Source: Seison nebaliae
Taxonomy: Eukaryota
Reading direction: 5' to 3'
Length of the DNA stretch: 64,000 nucleotides
Assembly: GCA_023231475.1 (NCBI GenBank)
Contig: JALJEE010001503.1
Location: forward strand, 1-64,000
Shown here piece after piece: positions 50,463-62,534 of the stretch. Position 1 is the stretch's first letter, and each line of letters opens with the position of its first letter. Under the pieces are notes generated by a model, which made no database searches, was not told where the DNA came from, and was given only the letters and a program-made list of their open reading frames with translations. Made by a program: the position numbers and the translations under genes.

Positions 50463-51986
50463 TTATTTCGATGATTTTAAAAAATTTTGAAACGATTCTT
50501 TATCCATTGAACTCTCTTGAGAATTATTAATCGTTTGTTCTTCATCATCACCGACGGATAATTGAGCATCGAACGGATTATTGATGGATATATTTTCCGT
50601 TCGTTCAACGATATTATTGATATCTAGAATCATGTCAGAGATGAAGGAGTGTTGAAGGAAAGGAACCTTTTAAACGATCTCGATCAAAATTCATAATATT
50701 CTTTCTGATATTCTCTTTCTTATCAGCTTCACTTTCCATCTTCAACTTCTCATACTCTTTCCGATATCCTCTAAATTATATTTCGTTCGATCAATTAGTT
50801 TAAATAAAAAATGTTAACTCATTAAATTCATTTTTCGCTTCCGTCAACATATCGATCAATTTATCGAAACCATATCCAGTTGCCGAACTAACTGTCACAT
50901 GCTAAAATTATAAAGACACAAAAAAAATCAGAATTATTAAATAAATATTATTTTTTAAGTTTGTTAGAAACTTTTAATTGTGAATAAAATTCGTCCAAAG
51001 CTAACGAAAGTGAACGAGCGAGACAAGTCGAATAACTGGAATGAGAAGACAATGCGTCATTGAACGCACTAAAATCTTCCATCCAAGTTAACAATTCGCT
51101 TGGTTTCTTCTTATCACACTAAAATAAATAAATGAATTTGAAACATGAAAAATTCAAATTAGTATAATTATATATAATTATATATATTATATATAATAAT
51201 TATAAATAATATAACCTTATTCATTACCAGAATGAACGGTAATCGATATTTGAAGAGGATGGAACAAGCGTACAACATATTCGACATGAACGACATGGGA
51301 TTTGATGATCGCTCAATATCGATTATATAAACGATGACAGTGGGACAAGTGGCAGCTAAACTTTCTGTTACAATCAATCCAGATGCTGACCAATTGAACA
51401 CTTCGATTTGACCCGGTGTATCGATAATAATATGTCTATTCGACAATAAATAAGAAGAGATTTAATAAGAGAATAAAAACTTCTTTTTACAATTGGTGAT
51501 TAGTTGAAGAACTTGATCGAATTTCGTGCAAAATAAATTGAGACTTGTCACAATTGCTCCATTCGGTCCCAATCCATAACTCTTCATAATTTCTTTATAT
51601 TTAATCGTATCACGAATGTCTTTAAAAGAAATTTAAAAAATTTGAAAAAACAAAAAATTTCTGAGAACCGATATTGGAGACATAAGGTAAATTGTGTACG
51701 GCTGGATCTAAATTAATGATATATGGATGTTGGAATTCTTCTTCTTTTAACGTCTTTCGATAATAAGTTGACAATTGAACTTTCAACATCTGCAACAAAA
51801 CCGTTTCCACAAATCTTTAACGGAATGATGATGAACTTGTGTAAATTTACTTTTCCCACTTCCCGCCATTCCCAAAACAATTATATTCATCGACATATCC
51901 ATCGCTGATGATGATGATGATGATGATGATGATGGTGCTTTTTCATTCTCTTCATTTGTTGTTTTTGTTGTCGTTGTAGTTTCCAT
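50463..51986 (-). CDS. GPN1: GPN-loop GTPase 1 (XAB1), 8 exons
   Basis: [79 protein letters not shown]. Confidence 0.95.
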
Positions 51987-52489
51987 ATCTTGGAAGGAAT
52001 TGTATGTTCTGATTAGATCTGATATTTATCAGAAAGAAAAAGAACTATTAATGATAATTCAAATGACAAAACTTAATTTTCAAAAAAAACACATTTCGAA
52101 AAAAATTGTGTAATAATTTTTCATCTTTTTCCTTATGTCAAAATTATCTGTTACATAATTCTGAAGTACATTAAACATAATTTCTTATTTGATCAATGTT
52201 TTATTTTTTCCTTCCTTAATTTTAACTTTAAAAATTTATATAAAGTTCCACAGAAGGAAATCCACGTCCCATTTGAAGATTTGTTTTCTTGAGATTAAGT
52301 GACTAAAAGGAGAATGATTCGAATGAGAATGGAAAAATATAGAAGAGATCTGTGAAAATGAATTTGAGAATGTGAAAATTAATTTATCTGAAATATTTTC
52401 GTATATAAAAATAATTGAAATTGTTTCGATAATTCTACAGATCACATATCTTCTTGTTATGATCATTAGGACTCAATTCTAATTTGGTA

Positions 52490-53078
52490 ATGGGCGTATA
52501 TCAAGAACAACATGTAGTTAAACAACCGATCATTATCGATAGTAATCTATCAGATGTTGATTCGACAACGGCGACCGAAGTGTCATCGATTGCAGAAGGA
52601 CCAATGAGTCGGGCTGAAATGCGTCGAATGAAACTTCAACGACGAAAAGAACGACGGGAAGAAGAATTAAAATTCAATTCTCATATCGGTAAAATGGCTC
52701 GACAACGTCAAAGTAATTTCGAATATTTGACCAGTCTCGCCAACACTCTGGGAATTACGGAGGATCCAGACAAACAATTCCTTCCCACACACCCACAATC
52801 CAAATCAATTTTCTATCGAATTATGACCAATGAGAAATTGTATGATTATTGGAATCGTCTAATTCAATTGTCGGAGAAAGAACAACAATCCATTTTAACA
52901 TCAACTAACAATTCATTATCTCCCAAAAAAAAGAAGTCGAAGAAAATGAAGAATCAGAAACCATTAGAGATTATGACGGAAATTAAAGAGGATGATGGAA
53001 ATGATGTGGAGGACGACGGTTTCCTCATAATTTAAATAATCACGGAAACAATTGACAATTTCAGATAGTTTGTTTTAA
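52490..53078 (+). CDS. R3HDM4-like protein (R3H-associated N-terminal domain only)
   Basis: MGV start, GKMARQRQSNFEYLTSLA and SIFYRIM...YWNRLIQLSEKEQQSIL resemble the R3H-associated domain. Stop is at 53035 unspliced, or 53078 via a GTTTCC...TTTCAG intron. Confidence 0.6.
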
Positions 53079-53206
53079 GAAATTAAAAAAAGAAAATTTA
53101 TTCAATAAAAATTAAATAAAAGAAAATTTAATTAATTAAAATTTAAATTTAAAGAATTATCGATGAGACTGTGCAGGAAAAATAGAGAAATTGAATAATT
53201 TCAAAA

Positions 53207-54560
53207 TTAGATATAGATATTGGGAGCGGAACATTCTTCGGTGGCAGTTAAGAAAAGTAAAAGAGGAATTTTTAAGAAATCTTCAATTGTTATGGAAGTT
53301 GAATTGGGGAATGATTGGAAAAGGTAAGGTATTTCGACATAAATCGATTTGAGTAATTCGAACATTTTCGGAATATGTGAACAATATTTGTCGAATTCGT
53401 CACAAAATTGACGAATTTTCACTTTCTGTTCATTATAAATGATCATGAGTAGACTATATTGTTCGTTGTGGAAATTCTCTCGTAAATATTGTTCATTGAT
53501 CTCAATCGAAATTAATTCTTTAATAAATTCATTGATTTGTTCATGAATCACTGGAAGTTGAGTATATAAATCGAGAAATTGTTTAATCTTCTCCGATTGT
53601 CCGATGTGTTTGATTTGATTGATCGATTCATTTCTCATAAAATGATTAAGTCTCATTGATAAATGGAGGAAATGTTGAGTGTAATTCTGCATGAATTTAT
53701 CAAATAATTCTAATAAATGATTTTGTTTTATACGAAAATTGTCGGGATGTGATTTCTTCGATTTTTTCATCGAATTCTCTTCACATGAACTTGAAGTTGA
53801 TGATGAATTGAATGAGGTCGATAAAACGGAAGATAAAGTTTTTTTCGTCGTTGAAGTGGATTTGAGGGATTGATAGTCGAGTACATCACCAGACATATAA
53901 CCGTTATCGTCAATTCCTGATAAAATATCAGATGATGGTTCGACTTCTTCATAAATCCGTTTTGATGGATTTCTCTTCTGGAAAGAATGACATCGTTTAC
54001 TCTTATTTTTGATTATTGGTAAATCATTATAAGTTCGATTAAATGACATGGTATTCGAACACATTTGAATTTCATTTAATGTCGATTGAATATATTGTTC
54101 ATTAGCTGAATATTTTTGACGATAAATTTTCAATTTCAACGAATATTTTTTAGTCGATTTCTTTTTCGAAAAATATTGACTGAATGAAGTTTTATGGATC
54201 GATTTCAACATTTGTTTCTTCATCAATTTGTAGATTGCTGATGATGATGCACGAATGACACATTTATCGAATATTTCAACGATTATATCACCATGTTCCA
54301 ACGGTGAACAATTGAGAGCTGTTTGTTTCACATATGTCGGACAATCGCCAGTCAATTCGAAACCAAATTGTTTTTTTGTGATTGGGAAATGTTTATAATC
54401 GATCGTAATCTTAAAATGTATTATTAATTTATAATAATTTAATTAGAATTCAAATTGTAGAAGAAAAAACGCTAACCTCCATCAATTGTTTCTCATCGTT
54501 TATAGATGGAATAACTGAAGATGGGAAGAAGTTGAATGTATTGAAAGAATTGGAATTCAT
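53207..54560 (-). CDS. PDZ-domain protein with C-terminal helical region weakly resembling a DH domain, 2 coding exons
   Basis: Spliced: KQFGFELTGDCPTYVKQTALNCSPLEHGDIIVEIFDKCVIRASSSAIYKLM fits the PDZ GF..GD pattern. IEDFLKIPL is near the C-terminus. Intron GTTAGC...TTTAAG. Confidence 0.6.
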
Positions 54561-57500
54561 AATAATCTAGGAAAATTCTAATGACATATTAGTTGAGAAT
54601 TGATAAAATAATTGTTGGTTACAGTATGAAGAAAACAATAAATTGTTAGGAAAAACTGGTGGAAACAATGTGGGAATGGTGAGGATTTGATTGAAACACA
54701 ATCAGTATCTCTAGAGAAATGAAAACAGGAGAATTGTATTCATAAAAATCTTCTCTTCAATTCTCACAAGAAACAGCATGAACGAATAAGACAGATTGAT
54801 ATCAATCCACTTATTCTTCCACATACTGATGGAAAAGTCAAGTATTTCCTTTTACAACAACCACATCGAAATGGTGATCATTCCCATTCATAATAAAATA
54901 TCATTCCTCTCAATCATCATCAAATTCCAATCATATTTTTCCTATTCTTCTTTCTTTTCGATTGGCATGAATCTTATCATTCAGTTGAAGGGAAATGTCC
55001 CACTGTGACCTCGCTAGGAAACTTTGAGAAAAAAGATGGTAAAGGATTGAATAGTATTCCGATTAAGCACACTTCTCTCAATATGCGCGAAACATGAGAA
55101 ATTAGTAGACTAATAGAGAAAGAAGAGAAAAATAATCGATTTTTCAAAAAAGAAAAAAGAAAGAAAGAGGAGGAACTCTAAAGAAGTAAGAGGGACCAAT
55201 TGGTGGTTGCGGAATAAGGCGAGAAATGAAATTCATCAACATTGTTTCGATTCACACCACGAAGCATGTGCTAATTTCAACTGAATAGGACGATGAATAA
55301 ATATACATTTCTTTTCAATATTTCGTTACTTTTCATATTTTTTTCTTTTCCAAATTTTCAAAAATGGAAAATAGAAGATGGATAATGATTGTCTGATGGA
55401 CGATGGATTTACTTTTATATTCAAATTAGAATATTTCACAGGTCACTGCTAACGTTCAAAATGGAACTGATTTTGATTTGTGATAAAGATAATATTAAAA
55501 TGAACAGCGATCAGGATTAACATGTCTAACGAACGGTTATTTATCCGAAATTTATGCTAATGAAATTTGAGCGAAAAACATTCTTGGTAATCTTTTTATA
55601 TGGCAAACTGAGGTCTACCTGTCATCCTTTATGTATCAACCACTCAATCATCTTTATGCTCATAAGTGTCCCAACATCAGGTTCCATGTCTTTTAATCAT
55701 TTCTCACCTCCATTTTGAAGATTGGATGATAATAAGTTTCATTTTCGATGATCATTGAGATAATGTTCATTCGGCATCCTTTTCTTCTGATGATAATAGA
55801 ATAGTAAAGTTCTTACAAAATTATTCCTTTCTTTTCAAAAAAAAAAACAAAAGTTTGACAAGTAAAAGTGGAAAAAAATAAAAAGTTTCTTTTGACGAAT
55901 TTTGTGCCGCAAATTAAATGAAAGGAGAAATTAAAGGATAAATCATTGAAAAATGTTTGCCCTAAAGAAGATTTGTGTTCTCCTTAATTTTTAGTTTATA
56001 TTTCGAATCATCCATTAGGACAAACGATTGTTATTCATAGAAAGAATTCGATTTGCTTAATTGAATCCGTTCATTTCGTTTCCTGAATTAAGGGAAGCGC
56101 TAAATAAGAAATTTGTGAATGTGCCGAAGAAAATCATTTATTTGCACCGCAGGACAACAATGAGCGATGATGGAAAGAATGAGAGATAATTCCTAAAAAA
56201 TGTACTTGCTGCCACTCTTTTCTGGACGAAGACTAATTACTAATAAAACGGAGAATTTCTTTAACAACCACCAAATGAATTTCTAGTTAATTTGTGGAAG
56301 ATTTAAGCGGAAACTAGCAATTATTGATTTTAATTAGTATTACATTTGATAAAACAAAATTCCTTCATTTGAACGAATTAATAATGAACATATTGGATAA
56401 TTTCTAATGATAAACAAATCGATAATTACATTCTCATTCGATAGATAACGAACGACCTTTTCGATTGAAAGAAATTTGATGTGGAATGAAAAAAAATAAA
56501 ATTATTCCACGATATAAAACTGAGGAAAAGTTCTTGAAGAAAGAATGAAGTGAATGTTAATGAAATCCTAATAAATCTAAACTAAATAAATCAGATATTT
56601 GCACTTGTAGTCTATTGGAGATGATGTAAGAGTCGTAGCATGAATCAAACGATATCAACGAATCGATTGTCGGAAACACCTTCTTCAAAAAAAATATTTG
56701 AAGAAAAGAAAGAAAATATGGAGAGTTTGATGAACATCTGAAGTGGAGTTTAAATTCCTATTTATCATTGTCTCGAACGACGAGTCAGTTGAAATTTCTC
56801 ATTAACATTCGGATCAACACTCATTAGATGAATTATATAAGAGCGTTCGTTACTGCCGCTATATCTTCCCATATTGAGTGGAATGCACTTGTCTTGGAAA
56901 AAGAAAGAAAGTTTAAAAATTTTCACATGTTCATCAAAAAAATATAATTCGATCAATTATCTGTATTGTGTGGAAGTTGGACACTAATAATTCTATCATC
57001 TTTTTCACACCTTGGGAGAAAAATGTGTATAGAAATTAGGAGGACGCCAAAACGTCAAAAAAAGAAGGAACGTTAGCAATTTCTGTGCAGTAGCAAATGA
57101 CAAATGCTCATTTCTGTGCAATCAATTAGCGAATTGATGGAAATAAAAAGAATGAGAGAAAATTTAAATAAATAATAATAGAAATGATGGAAATGCCTTC
57201 TGCTTTTCTCTTATGTTAGTGTGAGAAATGTCGAATAGTTCGATTGGTGAGATGGATGAATAATTCGATCTATTTTTATACTATCCAACTCAATTCATAA
57301 AAACTGAGGAGAATGGTGAGGTGTGACATGCATTCCACATGTTTGCTATTAACGATTTTCAATGAATTGCCGTTCCTGGAACACATCAGATCAAACAAGA
57401 TAATGAAAGAAAGAAAATGATTCAATCAATCTTCTTTCAAACTTTCGTCCATTGATTGAGAATTGATAAAAGAAAAGAAAAGTGTTTTCCGTTCTAAAAG

Positions 57501-58039
57501 TAATTTGTAAGTTTAAAAACTAAAGAAGAATAAACAATTCATTCCACTCAAATACAAGTGATGAGAAACGAACTTCACCAATTAATTGTTACTTGTTGTT
57601 CAATGAATGGACTTAGCAGACGAATCTCATCAAATTCGGAAGATTGTTTTAATCGAATTTCTTTTTATCAAAATAAATACATTTCCACAATGTCAAAACA
57701 TTAATGAATCGGCAATCTCCTTAAATCTTATTAGATTTCTCTTTCATCTGATTTCTTTTCTTCTTTTACTTCCCATTATTTATTACGATTTTCATTCCAA
57801 ATAAACAAATTTATTTGTTGTAAGTAAAATTAATGAGATTAAATAAATTGTGTGTTGTCAGTGTGAGAGAGAATGGTAATAGTTTCAATTCTATCATCAA
57901 TCCAAAGAAGAGAGTAACTTAATTTCTAAAAAGATGAATCGATTTTTTTTCAAATTTCGATTTGTTTAGTCAACAAATTTCAAAGAAGAAACTTAATGCA
58001 TGTTCCAAAAGATGAAAGAATAATAGATGAAGAATCGAT

Positions 58040-59387
58040 TTATATAATCAAGTCATGTAATCGACGTAGCCGATATGTCTTTTCAATATAATTCCTCAAT
58101 TTGCCCGTCATTTGTAGACGACTAACTATACGACGATAAGTTGACAAGTTGCGAACATAATAAAATAATTGTTTGACATTCGACGAAATTGATCGTTCTT
58201 GTTTATTCGTCATGTTATAAGAGAGTGGGAATGGATCAGTTTGTTCCTTCCTCTCATACAGTCGACCACGCGAATCACTGGGAAAGAAAATGGAGACGGA
58301 TATTCCCGCAATAACCATTTCGTTTGAGAACTTCTTTGTCATTTCGTTGCATAAACGGATCTCTTCAGCTTCTTTGAACGCTAATAATTTGTCAGCGAGA
58401 TCATTCGTTCTCGTTTTCGAAAATTTCTCCTTCTTCTTCTTTTTCTCATATTCGGAAATGTCAAGCGTGCTCATCGTTGTTGACACGAAAGTGGGTGTAG
58501 AATGATCTAATTGGAAAATGACGGAAACCAAACGAATTTCCGTTGACGATGAATATAGTCGTGTATCGAATCCGTTCACGATCTTGTTTCGATGATAGGA
58601 CTTCCGTATACAAGGTTGAATATATTGTTCTCCATTCTCTGTTGAATTGCTAGTTGGTTTGAGTGAAAAGACATTATTCTTCAACATTCCTTTCATTCGA
58701 CATAAACTAAATTTTGTATTGTCCGCATTCGAATAGAGTTTAAATAGACAAAGTTCTGAATCGTAAGTGTTCTGAAATTTGAAAAATGTTGGAGAATTTT
58801 TTTTAGAAAGAGCCCAAACTTTTGAGATTATTTTTCCATTATCTTTCATACACAAATATTGTCCGTTCGCTAACGACCTTAACAAATATGTTAAATTGGA
58901 ACAATCGCGTTGTAGAATGAATGAGGCTAAAGAGAAATAGGAAATGGTGAGGAATAATGGAATGGAAACCGTCTTCACTTTGAAATGGATCCGTATCAAC
59001 GATACCATTTGATTTAATGATAAGGAAACTGTTGTCATATAACTGAATACTTAACAGTTTGGTGACGGAGGAATATTGGAGATATTTCCAATATTCATAT
59101 TTGTTCCATTGATACGGATTAGATTCGCCAGCTAAAAATAATGAAGAGAATTTATCCTTATTTTCTGTCATCAAATCATCTTCATTCATCTGCCTCTCCA
59201 ATAGTTGTTTCTGTTTGACTCTTTTCTCATATCGCTTCAATCGATGAATTGCTTCGAATAAAGAGGATTGGGGAAAACCATCGAATTGAAACTGGTGAAT
59301 ATCTGCATCGATATCAAGCGCATTTAGATGTGGTAGTAGAGAAGACAGAATTATAAATAAGATTTGTAATTGAACATTAATAAACAT
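58040..59387 (-). CDS. Fibroblast growth factor family ligand with long C-terminal extension, 3 exons
   Basis: Signal peptide followed by the beta-trefoil core IQLYDNSFLIIKSNGIVD...|SFILQ...LLRSLANGQYLCMKDNGKIISK|NTYDSELCLFK. The two introns split the core as in typical FGF genes. Confidence 0.8.
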
Positions 59388-59662
59388 TTGATAATTTTCG
59401 ATTTACTTGCACAATTCCGATATTCCACTTTCAAAATGTTATGATTAGTTAAACTCTGTAAATTTTACTTTCAAATTATCGACATGGACATCGGAAAAGA
59501 AGAGAACGAAGAATAGATTAATATATGTCTTTCATAACATGTCAGCACGAGTGTTAATGATGATTGTTTGAAAATTTCATCCATATATCGGAAATGAGAT
59601 TCAGCGGGAACAAATATCAATTTAATATAGTTTCTGATTATTATAATAAATCATATGTGATG

Positions 59663-59695
59663 GAATTCATTCGAATTCATTCGAATTCATCCGAA
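59663..59695. repeat. Tandem 10-mer (GAATTCATTC) x3 upstream of FGF
   Basis: ggaattcattcgaattcattcgaattcatccgaa. Confidence 0.85.
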
Positions 59696-60302
59696 CACAC
59701 ACGAAACATTCAACACCTATTAAAATGAGGGAGACTAGAAAGTCACTGGAAAGATCATCTTATTTTCAATATCATACTGCTGATGTATATATCTCTCCTC
59801 GCATCAATTTCGATGGTAGAAACATTTAATAATTTTATCACATTCTCCCCCTTCCAATTCAACCATCATACTTCAAACCGACCAGTCCTCTGTGAACACA
59901 ATATGAGTTTCGAAGGATTTATGACTTGGGCGAAGTCATGTATCATTTTAATTGAGTTCTCGTTGAGAACACGCCCGCGCAACTTTCTATATATATATAA
60001 TATATATATTTCATCCAGTTATTGCTAAGTTATTCCTTTCTTTTCCTCTCCTCCATTTTCTTTTGGATCATTTTAAAACTTTAATTTCAACAACTTTCAC
60101 TTTCAATAATAAAATATTTAATTAAAATTTAACTAATTTCATTTTGAAAAAATGATAATGAAATTTGAAAATTGAAAAAGAATTTTATTTTCTCTTCACT
60201 ATTGTTATTTTATTATTAATTAAATGGAAAAATTAATTTAGAAATATTGACTTTAGTTAAAAATCAGATTATTGACTTTTTACATCTATTAAAACATTTC
60301 GT

Positions 60303-62329
60303 TTAACGATCGTACAATTGTGTGGTACCTTCTGCCATACTTGGTTCTTCTGGTTTCACAGAACGACCTAACGCTCCAAATTCACCGACTGGTGATGTAT
60401 CTAAAATTAAAAAAAAACGAATTTAAAAAATTTTCCTAAATTTTCCATGTCTATTTTTATTCTTATTCGATTATAACATCAACTGAAAACCCTAGTAAAT
60501 AGTGAGATTAACTTTGTGAAGTGATGGACCTCCGTCTCGCCCAAGGTTGTACTGCACCACTGCCGAATATAACATAGACGATGCAACCGGAAACGTAGAC
60601 AGCCGCTGTCATATAAAAGACGATTCTCCATTGATATTGTGTTCCCTAAAAGATATAAATAAACTACTTTCATTAATTAATAAATGAAAGAACGTCAGTT
60701 GTTATCATTTTACAAAGTAGTGGCGAAAAGATTCCGGCGAATGAGCCTAAACTGTTTCCTATTCCCATAAGTAAACCTGCATATTCAGGTGCTATATCAT
60801 TAAAATTGGGTACGAACCCTCCTCCATAAATACATCCTCTAATATTAAGATTTATTAGGGAAATACGATAAAAGAAGACGCTAACGCAAATGAAACTCCT
60901 AAAGAGAGGAATAATACGGCGAGTGGTCGTTGACGACAATCTAAGTAAGCGAGAACTATTAAACTAACTGCAGGTACAATGTTGCCTAAAATATTATTTC
61001 AAAGTTACAATTAAAATTCTATCTTAACATTAATAAACCTAATACAGTAAAGAATTTTCTTACCGAAGTTGTTGTCATTAGTTTCTTTTTTTGAATAATA
61101 TCCGATACTAAACCGGTCAAGATACAGATTGCCCAAAAAAGTATGTAAGGAATACTGGATAATAATCCATTCTAATATTTGAATTATTAAAAATATTAAT
61201 TATAAAAAAATATTTATATTTCTCATGTAATTTTTTAAACTTTTTTAATATCATATTTCAGTACGTCTTTCATAAACGATGGAACACTGGTGAGCATGAG
61301 GAATACTCCAAATAAGGAGGTGAATGCCGAAAAATTAGCTGCCCAAATTGGCTTAGATGTAAAAATCAACTTCCAAGGAACTTGCTAAAAACTATAATTC
61401 CTTTAAGAGAATGTTGATAATAACCGAAAATACCATCCGACTCACCGGAGGTATGTGGGAATTCATATAATTGAGTTCCTCCTGCTTCATGAAACGATTA
61501 GTTTGTGGTGTGTCCGATACGAACCACATCCACATTACAAACCAAATACACGTAATAAGACCTAAAATGTTCATTGGAGGTTAATGAGAATGAAAAAGAA
61601 CCAGTGAAAAAGAATATATGAGGCCAGCCACCGTAGAATCCCCAATCGCAAAACGCTCCACCAGTAGTCAATGTGACAACATTGCCGATTTGAGAACCAG
61701 CATTTGAAATAGATGTTAAAATTCCAAGCTCCAGTGGAGGTGCCCATCGGGCCATCAGAGAAGAGGTTGCTGGAAATACGGCTCCTTGACAGATACCGAT
61801 GATAATTCTCGTCATAAACAAAGCACTCCAATGCAATTTAGCTGCCCATGGTGAAATAATGGTAAGTAAACCGGCCACGAGCATCGAATAACCCCAAACT
61901 CGTTTTCCACCTAATCGATCGCTTAAAATTCCCCCAGCAACTTGGGATAAAGTGTAGCCCCAAAAGAAGGATGACAATAAAAGTCCTTGAACGCTACTCG
62001 ACCAAACAAATTCCCCATCTTTCATCTAAACACATCCGATGGTGGAGGATATGATTAGATTATGATATATTTATCAGTTTTTTAGAGAAGGAATTCTTTT
62101 AAACTTCAGTTGGTTCCTGTGTGTCATTGTTACCGCTACAATACTGCATTTCTTCAGCTGCGGCCGCATATTTAGTAGAAGCATTTCCCTTATCTTTCGA
62201 AACTGCCGTGTGATTTAACATGCAAACAATTCCAACACTTAAATTGATTCTGGTCGAATAAACAGCAAGATATCCAAGTGAGGCAACCAAAGCAAAATAT
62301 AAACGAACTGATCCTAAAAGTTTACTCAT
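60303..62329 (-). CDS. SLC17 family (sialin / vesicular anion transporter-like) MFS transporter, ~9 exons
   Basis: RINLSVGIVCM, FVWSSSVQGLLLSSFFWGY, ARWAPPLE, GGWPHIFF, VPWKLIFTSKPIWA, DIAPEYAGLLMGIGNS, GSGAVQPWA. Confidence 0.92.
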
Positions 62330-62534
62330 GATTTATTCGTGTTTGCACGCGCAAAAAATAAAAAGTCTTTAATAAAAATTTCCGAATAATTTTATAAAGA
62401 AATTCAATATAAACATTTCTTCACAATCAAAATATTCATTGAATTCAGAAGATGTTTCTCATAAATTATGAAAATTATGAAAATTTACTTAAACATCTTT
62501 CACTCTTTCTCGCTCTCTCTTCTCCCATTTTCTT

